NCBI GenBank assembly: GCA_002376945.1
Contig: DFOX01000002.1
Coordinates: forward strand, 31,468-94,875
DNA: 63,408 bases
Reading direction: 5' to 3'
Origin: Patescibacteria group bacterium UBA3530
GTDB taxonomy: Bacteria > Patescibacteriota > Minisyncoccia > Phycocordibacterales > UBA2100
Under the pieces are notes generated by a model, which was given only the letters and a program-made list of their open reading frames with translations, had not been told where the DNA came from and searched no databases. The position numbers were made by a program, and so were the translations under genes. This document shows, piece by piece, positions 1 to 7,636 of the stretch (the stretch's first letter is position 1; every line of letters begins with the position of its first letter).

Positions 1-1
1 T

Positions 2-733
2 TCTGATGATTGGAGTGATTGGAATTCAGCTACATTCTACAACGACGAACCACGAACATTTGTAAATGATCAACCCCGTACTATCTACAACGACGAACCA
101 CGAACATTTGTAAATGATCAACCCCGTACTATCTATGACGATACTGTTCGTACGTACTATCACACACCAACAAAAAACTACACATACTCGATACCATCAG
201 TAAACATTGTTAAAAAGAAAAGCACTCCTGTTGTTTACACACAACCAACAATTCCTAAGCAAAAATCAGTAGTGACATATACTGGTGGAACGAATCTCAA
301 CTACAACAATAACCAAGTTACCAACACCAACACGAATGTCATTAACAACAACATTCCCGTAGCACAACCACAACCAGTTGTAAATTACGCATACCCAACC
401 ACTTACATGCCATACAGAAATCCGAACGTGGGCGTGGCATACACTGGATACACACAAGGGTACGATTATGTAGACATTAATCAGATTCCGTATACCGGTA
501 CACAAGAGATGCTCTACATACTTTCCGTTGTTGCTATCGCTTTAGGTGCAGTGGCAGTGTACTTCCGAAAAGAGATAGGAACTGCTTTTGCAAGATTCAC
601 CGGAACTGCACGTTATGCAAGTGAGGAAGTAGTAGAGACTCCAAAAACACCGGAAGCGTCAGCAGGAGAGTCAGCAACCCTTACTCTCGAAAAAGGTGAA
701 GGTGGACCACGACTATCCTTCACGCATAACTAA
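2..733 (+). CDS. repeat-containing envelope protein (5'-partial) with C-terminal TM anchor
   Basis: Frame 2 is open from the window edge (SDDWSDWNSATFYNDEPRTF...), so ORF-track start 272 (GTG) is internal. The protein is N/T/Y/P-rich with octapeptide repeats. It ends with IPYTG, a hydrophobic helix MLYILSVVAIALGAVAVYF, RK and a ~50-aa tail. A terminator lies directly downstream. Confidence 0.6.
   Translation, partial: SDDWSDWNSATFYNDEPRTFVNDQPRTIYNDEPRTFVNDQPRTIYDDTVRTYYHTPTKNYTYSIPSVNIVKKKSTPVVYTQPTIPKQKSVVTYTGGTNLNYNNNQVTNTNTNVINNNIPVAQPQPVVNYAYPTTYMPYRNPNVGVAYTGYTQGYDYVDINQIPYTGTQEMLYILSVVAIALGAVAVYFRKEIGTAFARFTGTARYASEEVVETPKTPEASAGESATLTLEKGEGGPRLSFTHN
37..132 (+). repeat. perfect 48-bp tandem duplication (2 copies, degenerate third copy from 133)
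   Basis: 37-84 and 85-132 are identical (ctacaacgacgaaccacgaacatttgtaaatgatcaaccccgtactat). In frame, each unit encodes YNDEPRTFVNDQPRTI. Confidence 0.95.
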
Positions 734-745
734 TGAGATAGGTAC

Positions 746-772
746 AAAAAACACCAAACCAAGGTGTTTTTT
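746..772 (+). terminator. rho-independent terminator
   Basis: Stem aaaaaacacc (746-755) pairs with ggtgtttttt (763-772) around loop aaaccaa; the T-run is part of the 3' arm. It begins 13 nt after the stop at 733. Confidence 0.75.
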
Positions 773-778
773 GTACTA

Positions 779-806
779 TTGACAGTATCAATATCTATGA
801 TATTAT
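779..806 (+). promoter_or_regulatory. sigma70-type promoter TTGACA-16 nt-TATTAT
   Basis: TTGACA at 779-784 and TATTAT at 801-806. ATG 815 lies 8 nt after the -10 box, which implies a leaderless or near-leaderless transcript. Confidence 0.45.
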
Positions 807-814
807 ATCCACAC

Positions 815-1234
815 ATGTATAGAAACACATTTTTGTTAGTTGCTGGCGCAGTCACGTTCGTGCTGTTTGCAACAATCCTGTTGCCAGATCAGACATACGC
901 ACAGACCTTCTCATATAATACGTACCCAAACAATGGATACCGTGCGTCGGGATGCATTAGTGGATTCTGCGCTAGTGGATATCAATACAATCCCACAAAC
1001 TACGGATTTCAATTTACTACCCAGGGTATGCAAATTGGATACCGATACGGACAGCCGATTCGAAAGCAATCATATCAACAGCGAAGTTCGTATCGACCGT
1101 ACATTCCCTATGTGGTAATCCAGCGGAAAACACCAACATACTATCAGCGATCTGATCCGTATGCATTTCGTCGAGATTTTAATCAGGCAGCATCTGAGTT
1201 TACAAGAGAGCTACGGTACTATACCAACTACTAA
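815..1234 (+). CDS. small secreted Tyr/Gln/Arg-rich protein (hypothetical)
   Basis: Signal-peptide-like N-terminus MYRNTFLLVAGAVTFVLFATILLPDQTYAQ. ORF-track start 764 lies inside the upstream terminator stem and ATG 797 lies inside the promoter spacer, so ATG 815 is preferred. Confidence 0.55.
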   Translation: MYRNTFLLVAGAVTFVLFATILLPDQTYAQTFSYNTYPNNGYRASGCISGFCASGYQYNPTNYGFQFTTQGMQIGYRYGQPIRKQSYQQRSSYRPYIPYVVIQRKTPTYYQRSDPYAFRRDFNQAASEFTRELRYYTNY

Positions 1235-1235
1235 A

Positions 1236-1256
1236 CATCCTCCTTCTCGGAGGATG
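1236..1256. terminator. bidirectional hairpin between convergent genes
   Basis: catcctcc-ttctc-ggaggatg. On the minus strand it is followed by UUUAGUAGUU, so it probably terminates thrS as well. Confidence 0.5.
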
Positions 1257-1361
1257 AATTAGTTATGAGTAATCAATTTTTTGAATTTAGATCCAACTCT
1301 TTTCAATCTATCACAACGAGCATCCATCTCGTTTCACTCCTGAGAAGAGTATGGCATATTC

Positions 1362-2582
1362 TCAATGCTTCTCTTCTGCTCGTATTCTTGAAACAAAATC
1401 TTCAATACGCATTGAACCAAGAGCCCCCTCATCTCTGCTCTCCACCGTTATGGTCGAATGGGACATTTCTTCATCACCAATAACGATGGTGTACGGAAGG
1501 AGATCCTCTGACGCTCTATGTATTTTCTTTCCAAGTGCAGTATTTGAAATATCAATTTCTGCCCTCACTTTTGCATCCTTTAATTTTTGATGTACTTCTT
1601 TTGCGTATGCTGCATGCGTTTCTGACACAGAAAGTATTCTCACTTGTTCAGGCGCAAGCCATGTGGGGAACGACCCCGCATAGTGCTCAATGAGGAATGC
1701 CATGATTCTCTCTATTGCTCCGACTGATGATCGGTGCACCACAAACGCGCGTTTGGGCGATCCATCTTCTGAGATGTAGGTAAGGTTAAAGCGATCCGGC
1801 ATGCAGAAGTCATATTGTACGGTAAACGCAGTGTCCTCCTTTCCATTGGAATTTTTCATTTGCACGTCAATCTTTGGTCCGTAGAATGCAGCTTCATCTC
1901 CTGCTTCGACAAATTTACTTCCTCGTTTATGCATCAATTCACGCATAAGGTCCTCTGATTTTTCCCACGCGTCTGGATTATCGTAGTATTTTTCAGTGTT
2001 ATTTCTATCACCAAGCGACAGACGATACCAATAGTCTTTTCCCATCTCGAGCCCGAACACTCCTGCAATGTATTCGATAAGGTCAAGAGCGCCACCGATT
2101 TCCTCAATAGCTTGTTCTTCGTCCTTGCAGATAATGTGTGCATCAGCAAGACAGAAGGTCCGTACTCTTTGCAGGCCCATCAGTTCCCCGGATTGCTCAT
2201 ACCGATAGAGTCCCGCAAGTTCTGCAATACGCATGGGAAGTTCTCGGTAGCTATGTGGTTTTGAAAGATACAATTCAAAGTGATGCGGACACGTCATGGG
2301 ACGCAGCATAAATTCTTCGTCATCGATTTTAATCGGCGCGTACATTGAGTCTTTGTAGTGTGGATAGTGCCCCGATTTTTTGTATAAATCCAACTTGGCG
2401 ATGTCTGGTGTTCGGACGTGTTGGTATCCGCGACGGATTTCTTCATCAATGATGAATGTTTCAATAGCACGTCGCATCGCTGCGCCTTTTGCGGTAAAGA
2501 GAGGTAATCCCTTCCCGACATCATGAGAGAAGGTAAACAACCCAAGTCGTTTTCCTAATTTTTTGTGATCTCGATCTTCCAT
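1362..2582 (-). CDS. thrS: threonine--tRNA ligase, catalytic core plus anticodon-binding domain only (no TGS or editing domains)
   Basis: ThrRS-type class II core (GHYPHYKDSMYAP, RPMTCPHH, GPKIDVQ, QYDFCMPDRF) and C-terminal anticodon-binding domain (WLAPEQVRILSVSE). It is 406 aa, against ~640 aa for canonical bacterial ThrRS. A Thr-specific T-box lies upstream. Confidence 0.9.
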   Translation of the reverse strand: MEDRDHKKLGKRLGLFTFSHDVGKGLPLFTAKGAAMRRAIETFIIDEEIRRGYQHVRTPDIAKLDLYKKSGHYPHYKDSMYAPIKIDDEEFMLRPMTCPHHFELYLSKPHSYRELPMRIAELAGLYRYEQSGELMGLQRVRTFCLADAHIICKDEEQAIEEIGGALDLIEYIAGVFGLEMGKDYWYRLSLGDRNNTEKYYDNPDAWEKSEDLMRELMHKRGSKFVEAGDEAAFYGPKIDVQMKNSNGKEDTAFTVQYDFCMPDRFNLTYISEDGSPKRAFVVHRSSVGAIERIMAFLIEHYAGSFPTWLAPEQVRILSVSETHAAYAKEVHQKLKDAKVRAEIDISNTALGKKIHRASEDLLPYTIVIGDEEMSHSTITVESRDEGALGSMRIEDFVSRIRAEEKH

Positions 2583-2589
2583 ATAGTAT

Positions 2590-2752
2590 GGTAATTAAAA
2601 ACGCCCTGGTAAACACACGAACACTCGTGTACTTACTAGGACGATTATACACCGCGGTTCCACCTAGTTTCCCCTTAGGGCACTTCATTATCAGATTAGG
2701 CAACTGAGCGCATACGCCTTTGGTTGGTAGCCAAAGCAATCTCTGATTAAGT
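2590..2752 (-). promoter_or_regulatory. T-box riboswitch leader (Thr ACC specifier) of thrS
   Basis: The minus-strand RNA contains the conserved T-box core AAACUAGGUGGAACCGCGGUG (plus 2650-2670). An antiterminator helix pairs ACUAGG with CCUAGU. A competing terminator CGUCCUAGU...ACACGAGUGUUCGUGU...ACCAGGGCG+UUUUU spans plus 2597-2643. There is a 5' AGAGA element, and a hairpin CUUUGG-CUACCAA-CCAAAG displays ACC-A (plus 2718-2736). Confidence 0.65.
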
Positions 2753-2848
2753 CTATGGTAGCACCATGGAGCAGAACTGCAAGCAGCGTTATTGACAACA
2801 CACCTAAATCCATGGCAGAATTTGAATCGGAGAAGGGAGGTGATCTTT

Positions 2849-3340
2849 ATGAATCATTTGCAAGTTCGGCTAGGTGGTACTCGCCTGGTGATACTATATC
2901 GCGATCGAGTATACAAGATAGGAAGAATTCGCCCTATCAAGGTAATCCTTAAGTGTTTTGCAATCGTTGTGCTGATTGAGCACTACTTCCGGTTGCAAAC
3001 GCATTGGGGAGGATCGAATCTCGCGGTAGCTCTGACCCGCTACTTTTTGGCGGGGATATGGAGCAACCGGCTTGAGTATCAATACTGGATTGAGTCTCAG
3101 GATACCCGGGTTGCGGAAGTATTCTCTAGTCATTTCGGGGGATTACTTTTGGTCCAGAAGCGGTATGGTGAGGTAAAAGACCACACCATCTATTCGTTGC
3201 ACGGATCGGCGGTAAAGCTCTACCGAGCAGCTGATTCTGAATTAGAAAAGGCAAGCCAATTCGGGAGACGATTGTCCAACAGAGCGGTAATCATCGATTA
3301 CGGATCACGCCTGACAATTCAGGCACTGAGGAGTACCTAG
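2849..3340 (+). CDS. hypothetical protein
   Basis: A strong SD (GGGAGGTG) lies ~7 nt upstream of ATG 2849; ORF-track start 2792 has none. No family is recognised with confidence. VILYRDRVYKIGR and IIDYG are only faintly reminiscent of small Kdo/RIO-type kinase folds. Confidence 0.6.
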   Translation: MNHLQVRLGGTRLVILYRDRVYKIGRIRPIKVILKCFAIVVLIEHYFRLQTHWGGSNLAVALTRYFLAGIWSNRLEYQYWIESQDTRVAEVFSSHFGGLLLVQKRYGEVKDHTIYSLHGSAVKLYRAADSELEKASQFGRRLSNRAVIIDYGSRLTIQALRST

Positions 3341-3344
3341 GCAA

Positions 3345-3370
3345 CAAAGTCCCGCGCACGCGGGACTTTG
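3345..3370. terminator. bidirectional terminator hairpin
   Basis: caaagtcccgcg (3345-3356) pairs with cgcgggactttg (3359-3370), followed by tcttttt on the plus strand. It sits between convergent 2849..3340 and dnaE. Confidence 0.75.
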
Positions 3371-3375
3371 TCTTT

Positions 3376-6300
3376 TTACAACGCTCGAACTGCTTCAATA
3401 ATAAAACTCATCTCCTCATTCCGTTTAGACACCCTTCCCTTTAAGAGTACACATTTGTCCATCTCAAGATTTTCTCCGTGTTCATTCAGAACTCTCGGAA
3501 AAGCTACTGCTTCAATAGAGTCCTCTAAGTCATTGAAGGTGATAAAAGCCATTTTCTCGCCATTTTTGGTAAGGATGGTCTTGTGTTCTGCAATAATTCC
3601 TGCAATCACTGTGGTGGTTCCCTCTCGAATCGATTCCTTCGTTTGCTTAATTGTTGGGTTTCCTGCAAGCTTATGCGCATGCATCTTCAGCGGATGTCCC
3701 GAGACATACAGACCAAGTAGTTCCTTCTCCCACACAAGGCGCTGCGTAGGATCGACGTCGTCGGCAGGTACGAGACGTAACGTATTGGTCGTTTCAGTTG
3801 CACCAAAGAGAGTATCTTGTCCTTCAGGTTGCTTGTTCATTTCTTTCTGGAATTCCAACAGGAGTTCGATGTTTTCAAGAAGTACGCCGCGAGTCGCAAA
3901 TGTATCAAGGGCACCACATTGAATGAGTGATTCAAGTCCGCGTCGGTTCATACCGCTGGTACGCACTCTTTCAAGAAAATCGCTGATATCTGAGAATGCA
4001 CCATTCGCTTTTCTCTCCTCAACAATTGCATGCGCCACATTGCTTCCAAAGTTTTTAATTGAATCCAATCCAAACAATATTGTATGTTCATGTGGTATGA
4101 CTGCAAATTCTTCATAACTTTTATTCACATCCGGTGGTGCAATCTCAATGTTCATGGACTTACACTCAGCAATAATTTCTGAAATTTTCTCAACATCTCC
4201 CGCATCTGCGGTGAGAAGAGCAGACATAAATTCAAGAGGATAATTGGCCTTCATATACGCTGTCTTGTACGCCAGATTTCCGTAACTCACGCTGTGACTC
4301 TTATTAAAGCCATATGCTGCAAATGTCTCAATCATATCCCACAGCTTCTGAGCCGCGTCCTCACTCATACCGTGCTCAATGCAACCATCATGGAACGTGT
4401 CCTTCTGTTTTGCCATTTCAGCAGGAATTTTCTTTCCCATCGCCTTTCGAAACTTATCCGCTTCTCCCCATGAATATCCCGCAAGTTCAACGGCGATGAG
4501 CATCACGTCATCTTGATAGATTAAAATACCAAACGTTGGCTTCAAATATTTTTCCATGCGAGGATCAATGTACGCTACTTTCGAAGGATCTCGCTTTCGT
4601 GCGATGTAATCAGAAATAAACTCCATCGGTCCTGGGCGATAGAGTGCAACCATGGCGTTAATGTCGTGAATCGTCGTTGGTTGCAGTTCCATTAAGTATC
4701 GTGTCATTCCGGCACTCGCCATTTGGAACACACCCATGGTATGCCCCTGCGCGAGCATCTCAAAAGTCTTCTCATCATCAAGTGGTATGTGATCCGCATC
4801 AATTTCAATGTCTCGAATCTTTTTGACACGCCTAATCGAGTCTGCAAGAACAGCCAGGTTCTTAAGTCCCAAAAAATCAAATTTCAAAAGACCAACCCCA
4901 CCGTACTCATCTGCAATGGAATACATATTGTACTGCGTGATGGTTTTTCCTCCCTTTGGGTCAGGTTGCAGTGGTGCATATTCAATTACCGGGTGCGGTG
5001 CAATCACCACACCTGCCGCGTGAACACCAATATGTCGAGCATTACCCTCAAGTTTCTTTGCGAGATCAATTATTTCTCTGGTTTCCGAGTCTTCCTTGTA
5101 CGCCTGCTTCAGCTCAGGCACCAGTGCGATGGCGCGGTCGATGCTCATAGGAAATCCTTGTGCACCAAACGGGATCAATTTTGCAATACGATCTCCAACA
5201 CCATATGAATGTCCTAAAGCTCGTGCAACGTCACGCACCACCGCTCGCGCCATCATCGTGCCAAATGTTCCAATTTGAGCAACGTGCTCTGTACCATATT
5301 TTTCTCGGGCGTAGTCAATCAAATCATCACGTCGATTGTCAGCAATATCCATATCAACATCAGGTGCGGATGGTCGCTCGGGATTTAAGAATCGCTCAAA
5401 CGGGAGGTTATAGTCAAGTGGATTCACTGTAGTGATTTCGGTGAGGTATGACACAAATGAGCCAGCGGCCGAACCTCTTGTGTTGGTTAATATTCCAACA
5501 CTTTTTGCGTACCGCAACAAGTCGGATACCACAAGGAAGTATGGTGAGAAACCCTTAAGAGCGATAATTTCCAATTCATATTCAACACGTTTCTTCATTT
5601 CCGGAGTAGGGGTGAGTTTCCGTTTTTCGTAACCACGCTCCACTGCTTCTCTGAGCATGTAATCATACGTCTTCCCGTCCTCGAGTGGGTATTCGGGAAA
5701 TATCCATTCCCCGAGAGTAAGTGTCAGGTTACACTGTGCCGCAATTTTTACGGTATTGGCGAGTGCCTCAGGGTATTTTCCAAAGTATTTTTTGGCCGTG
5801 TTTTGAGTAATGAACGAGAAATCGTCCGGGCGCTCCGCCTCATCTCCCATAAGTGATGTGCCACTTCGTATTTTTCGAGCGAGTTCGCGTGCCAGATTGT
5901 CTTCCTTTTTCATATAATACACATCATGCGCTGCAACAAGCGGAACCTGTTGCGTTTGTGCGAGCAATACAATACGCTCTTGCAGTTGTGCATGATTCGC
6001 TATCTCCGGATGATGCGTTACCTCAAGATATAAATCGTCCTCAAACACATCCTTGTACCATTTGAGTCGCTCTACTGCCTTTTCAGTATCATTGTACGTA
6101 AGAGCGTGCGATACCGGAGAGGAGAATGAGGGCAAAATGGCGATGAGATTATCCTTGTATGTTTCAATGAGTTCTTGATCAATACGGGGTCGGTAATAGA
6201 AACCATCGATGTGTGAGTGAGTGACCAATTTTATGAGATTATCGTAGCCCTGTTTGTTCTTAGCAAGCAGTACGAGTCGTGATGTTACATTATCAACCCG

Positions 6301-6543
6301 ATGCTCCTTATCAAACCGAGTTCTAGGAGCGACGTAGAAGTCAACACCGATGATTGGCTTGATACCTTCTTTGACACACGCTTTGTAGAACTCTATTGCT
6401 CCGTAGAGATTGCCATCATCAGTGAGTGCAATGGCGTGCTGATTGTCTTGTGCTGCCGCCTCCACCAGGTCAGGTATTTTTGGCAATGCATTAAGCAAGG
6501 AAAAGTGACTATGCGTATGCAAGTGTATGAAGTTGGCACTCAT
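3376..6543 (-). CDS. dnaE: DNA polymerase III alpha subunit
   Basis: PHP-domain N-terminus FIHLHTHSHFSLL, Pol IIIalpha core (GLLKFDFLGLKNL, GKKIPAEM, FNKSHSVSY) and a C-terminal OB-fold region; 1055 aa. Confidence 0.97.
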   Translation of the reverse strand: MSANFIHLHTHSHFSLLNALPKIPDLVEAAAQDNQHAIALTDDGNLYGAIEFYKACVKEGIKPIIGVDFYVAPRTRFDKEHRVDNVTSRLVLLAKNKQGYDNLIKLVTHSHIDGFYYRPRIDQELIETYKDNLIAILPSFSSPVSHALTYNDTEKAVERLKWYKDVFEDDLYLEVTHHPEIANHAQLQERIVLLAQTQQVPLVAAHDVYYMKKEDNLARELARKIRSGTSLMGDEAERPDDFSFITQNTAKKYFGKYPEALANTVKIAAQCNLTLTLGEWIFPEYPLEDGKTYDYMLREAVERGYEKRKLTPTPEMKKRVEYELEIIALKGFSPYFLVVSDLLRYAKSVGILTNTRGSAAGSFVSYLTEITTVNPLDYNLPFERFLNPERPSAPDVDMDIADNRRDDLIDYAREKYGTEHVAQIGTFGTMMARAVVRDVARALGHSYGVGDRIAKLIPFGAQGFPMSIDRAIALVPELKQAYKEDSETREIIDLAKKLEGNARHIGVHAAGVVIAPHPVIEYAPLQPDPKGGKTITQYNMYSIADEYGGVGLLKFDFLGLKNLAVLADSIRRVKKIRDIEIDADHIPLDDEKTFEMLAQGHTMGVFQMASAGMTRYLMELQPTTIHDINAMVALYRPGPMEFISDYIARKRDPSKVAYIDPRMEKYLKPTFGILIYQDDVMLIAVELAGYSWGEADKFRKAMGKKIPAEMAKQKDTFHDGCIEHGMSEDAAQKLWDMIETFAAYGFNKSHSVSYGNLAYKTAYMKANYPLEFMSALLTADAGDVEKISEIIAECKSMNIEIAPPDVNKSYEEFAVIPHEHTILFGLDSIKNFGSNVAHAIVEERKANGAFSDISDFLERVRTSGMNRRGLESLIQCGALDTFATRGVLLENIELLLEFQKEMNKQPEGQDTLFGATETTNTLRLVPADDVDPTQRLVWEKELLGLYVSGHPLKMHAHKLAGNPTIKQTKESIREGTTTVIAGIIAEHKTILTKNGEKMAFITFNDLEDSIEAVAFPRVLNEHGENLEMDKCVLLKGRVSKRNEEMSFIIEAVRAL

Positions 6544-6583
6544 GTTGGTGTAAGTATAGCAAAGTCGGTACTATGTACTATGT

Positions 6584-7174
6584 ATGAAATATATTATCGG
6601 TATAGATGAGGCAGGACGCGGTCCACTAGCAGGACCTCTTGCTGTTGGCGGAGTTATCTTTAAGGGAGATGTAAAGATAGAACACGAATATTTCCAAAAA
6701 GGAATTAAAGATTCCAAGAAACTCACCGCGTTAAGACGAGAGAAACTATTTACGTGGCTCAAAGAAAATACTGATATACAACATGCAGTGGCTTTTGCGC
6801 CGTCTGCACTAATTGATCAAGCAGGAGTAACGGTTGCCATACATCAAGCGTTGGAAGGAGTGTTGTCCAAGCTAATCCCAGAACATTGTGATCTCAAAGA
6901 CGTTACCATTCTTTTAGATGGTGGTCTTACAGCACCGGAGAGATACACGAATCAGAAAACTATCATAAAAGGAGATGAAAAGGAACGTGCTATCGCACTT
7001 GCGTCCGTTGCTGCCAAGGTGGTACGGGACAAGAGAATGATTGCATTAAGCAAGAAGTATCCACAGTATGGCTTCGAGCAACACAAAGGATACGGTACCA
7101 AGGCACATTTTGAATCTATCAAAGAGTACGGATTGTGCGATGAGCATCGTCGGCGTTTCCTGCGCCGTGAATAG
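6584..7174 (+). CDS. rnhB: ribonuclease HII
   Basis: IIGIDEAGRGPLAGPLAVGGV catalytic motif; size and C-terminal GYGTKAH are typical of RNase HII. Confidence 0.95.
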   Translation: MKYIIGIDEAGRGPLAGPLAVGGVIFKGDVKIEHEYFQKGIKDSKKLTALRREKLFTWLKENTDIQHAVAFAPSALIDQAGVTVAIHQALEGVLSKLIPEHCDLKDVTILLDGGLTAPERYTNQKTIIKGDEKERAIALASVAAKVVRDKRMIALSKKYPQYGFEQHKGYGTKAHFESIKEYGLCDEHRRRFLRRE

Positions 7175-7211
7175 GTTGCCTTTTGTGCGTTTTTCCGTAT
7201 AATCATGACCC

Positions 7212-7571
7212 ATGTCAGTACGAATGCGCGTGACGCGCTCACATACCGGTAATCGCCGCTCACACCATGCGCTCAAAGAGCCGCGTCTTTCAACATGCGC
7301 TCAATGTGGCGCTCAGCATCTTCGTCATCGAATGTGTCCGGAGTGCGGGAGTTACCGAGGACGTGAAGTGGTAGATGTCGTAGCAAAACGTACAGCTCGT
7401 ATGAAGCGACGTGAAGAGAAGATCAAGACACTTGGTGAAGAAAGAGTGCCTGAAGAAGAGATGCACGATACACCGAAGAATGCGAAGGAGGAAAAAATTG
7501 AAGCCAAGAAGAAGGAGGTGAAAGAAACCGTAAAGGTAGCTAAGAAAACCCAAGCAAAGAAAGAGAAATAA
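7212..7571 (+). CDS. rpmF: 50S ribosomal protein L32 with ~60-aa Lys/Glu-rich C-terminal extension
   Basis: RSHHALKEPRLSTCAQCGAQHLRHRMCPECGSYRGREV matches the L32 zinc-ribbon core. The tail is KRREEKIKTLGEE...KKKEVKETVKVAKKTQAKKEK. TATAAT at 7198-7203 lies 8 nt upstream of the ATG. Confidence 0.85.
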   Translation: MSVRMRVTRSHTGNRRSHHALKEPRLSTCAQCGAQHLRHRMCPECGSYRGREVVDVVAKRTARMKRREEKIKTLGEERVPEEEMHDTPKNAKEEKIEAKKKEVKETVKVAKKTQAKKEK

Positions 7572-7636
7572 TGCACTATGCACACCAATGGTGTGCGTTT
7601 TGCTATCCAAAAGGTACACTCTAGGTAAGCTGTTCT

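Noticed and set aside
481-580. IPYTG + TM helix + RK as a sortase (LPXTG-type) sorting signal
   Set aside because: A further ~50 residues follow the basic anchor, which is atypical for sortase substrates. A plain C-terminal TM anchor is the simpler reading. It is mentioned only as a possibility.
2755-2848. Promoter TTGCAG-16-TACCAT (minus strand) for the T-box/thrS transcript
   Set aside because: The position is plausible, but both hexamers are weak. The evidence is not strong enough to list it as a feature.
3368-6609. Numerous plus-strand ORFs of 60-184 aa inside dnaE (for example 3368..3922 and 4723..5208)
   Set aside because: These are shadow ORFs antisense to a strongly supported 1055-aa DnaE. 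They have low-complexity or Cys/Ser/Arg-rich translations and no SD or promoter.
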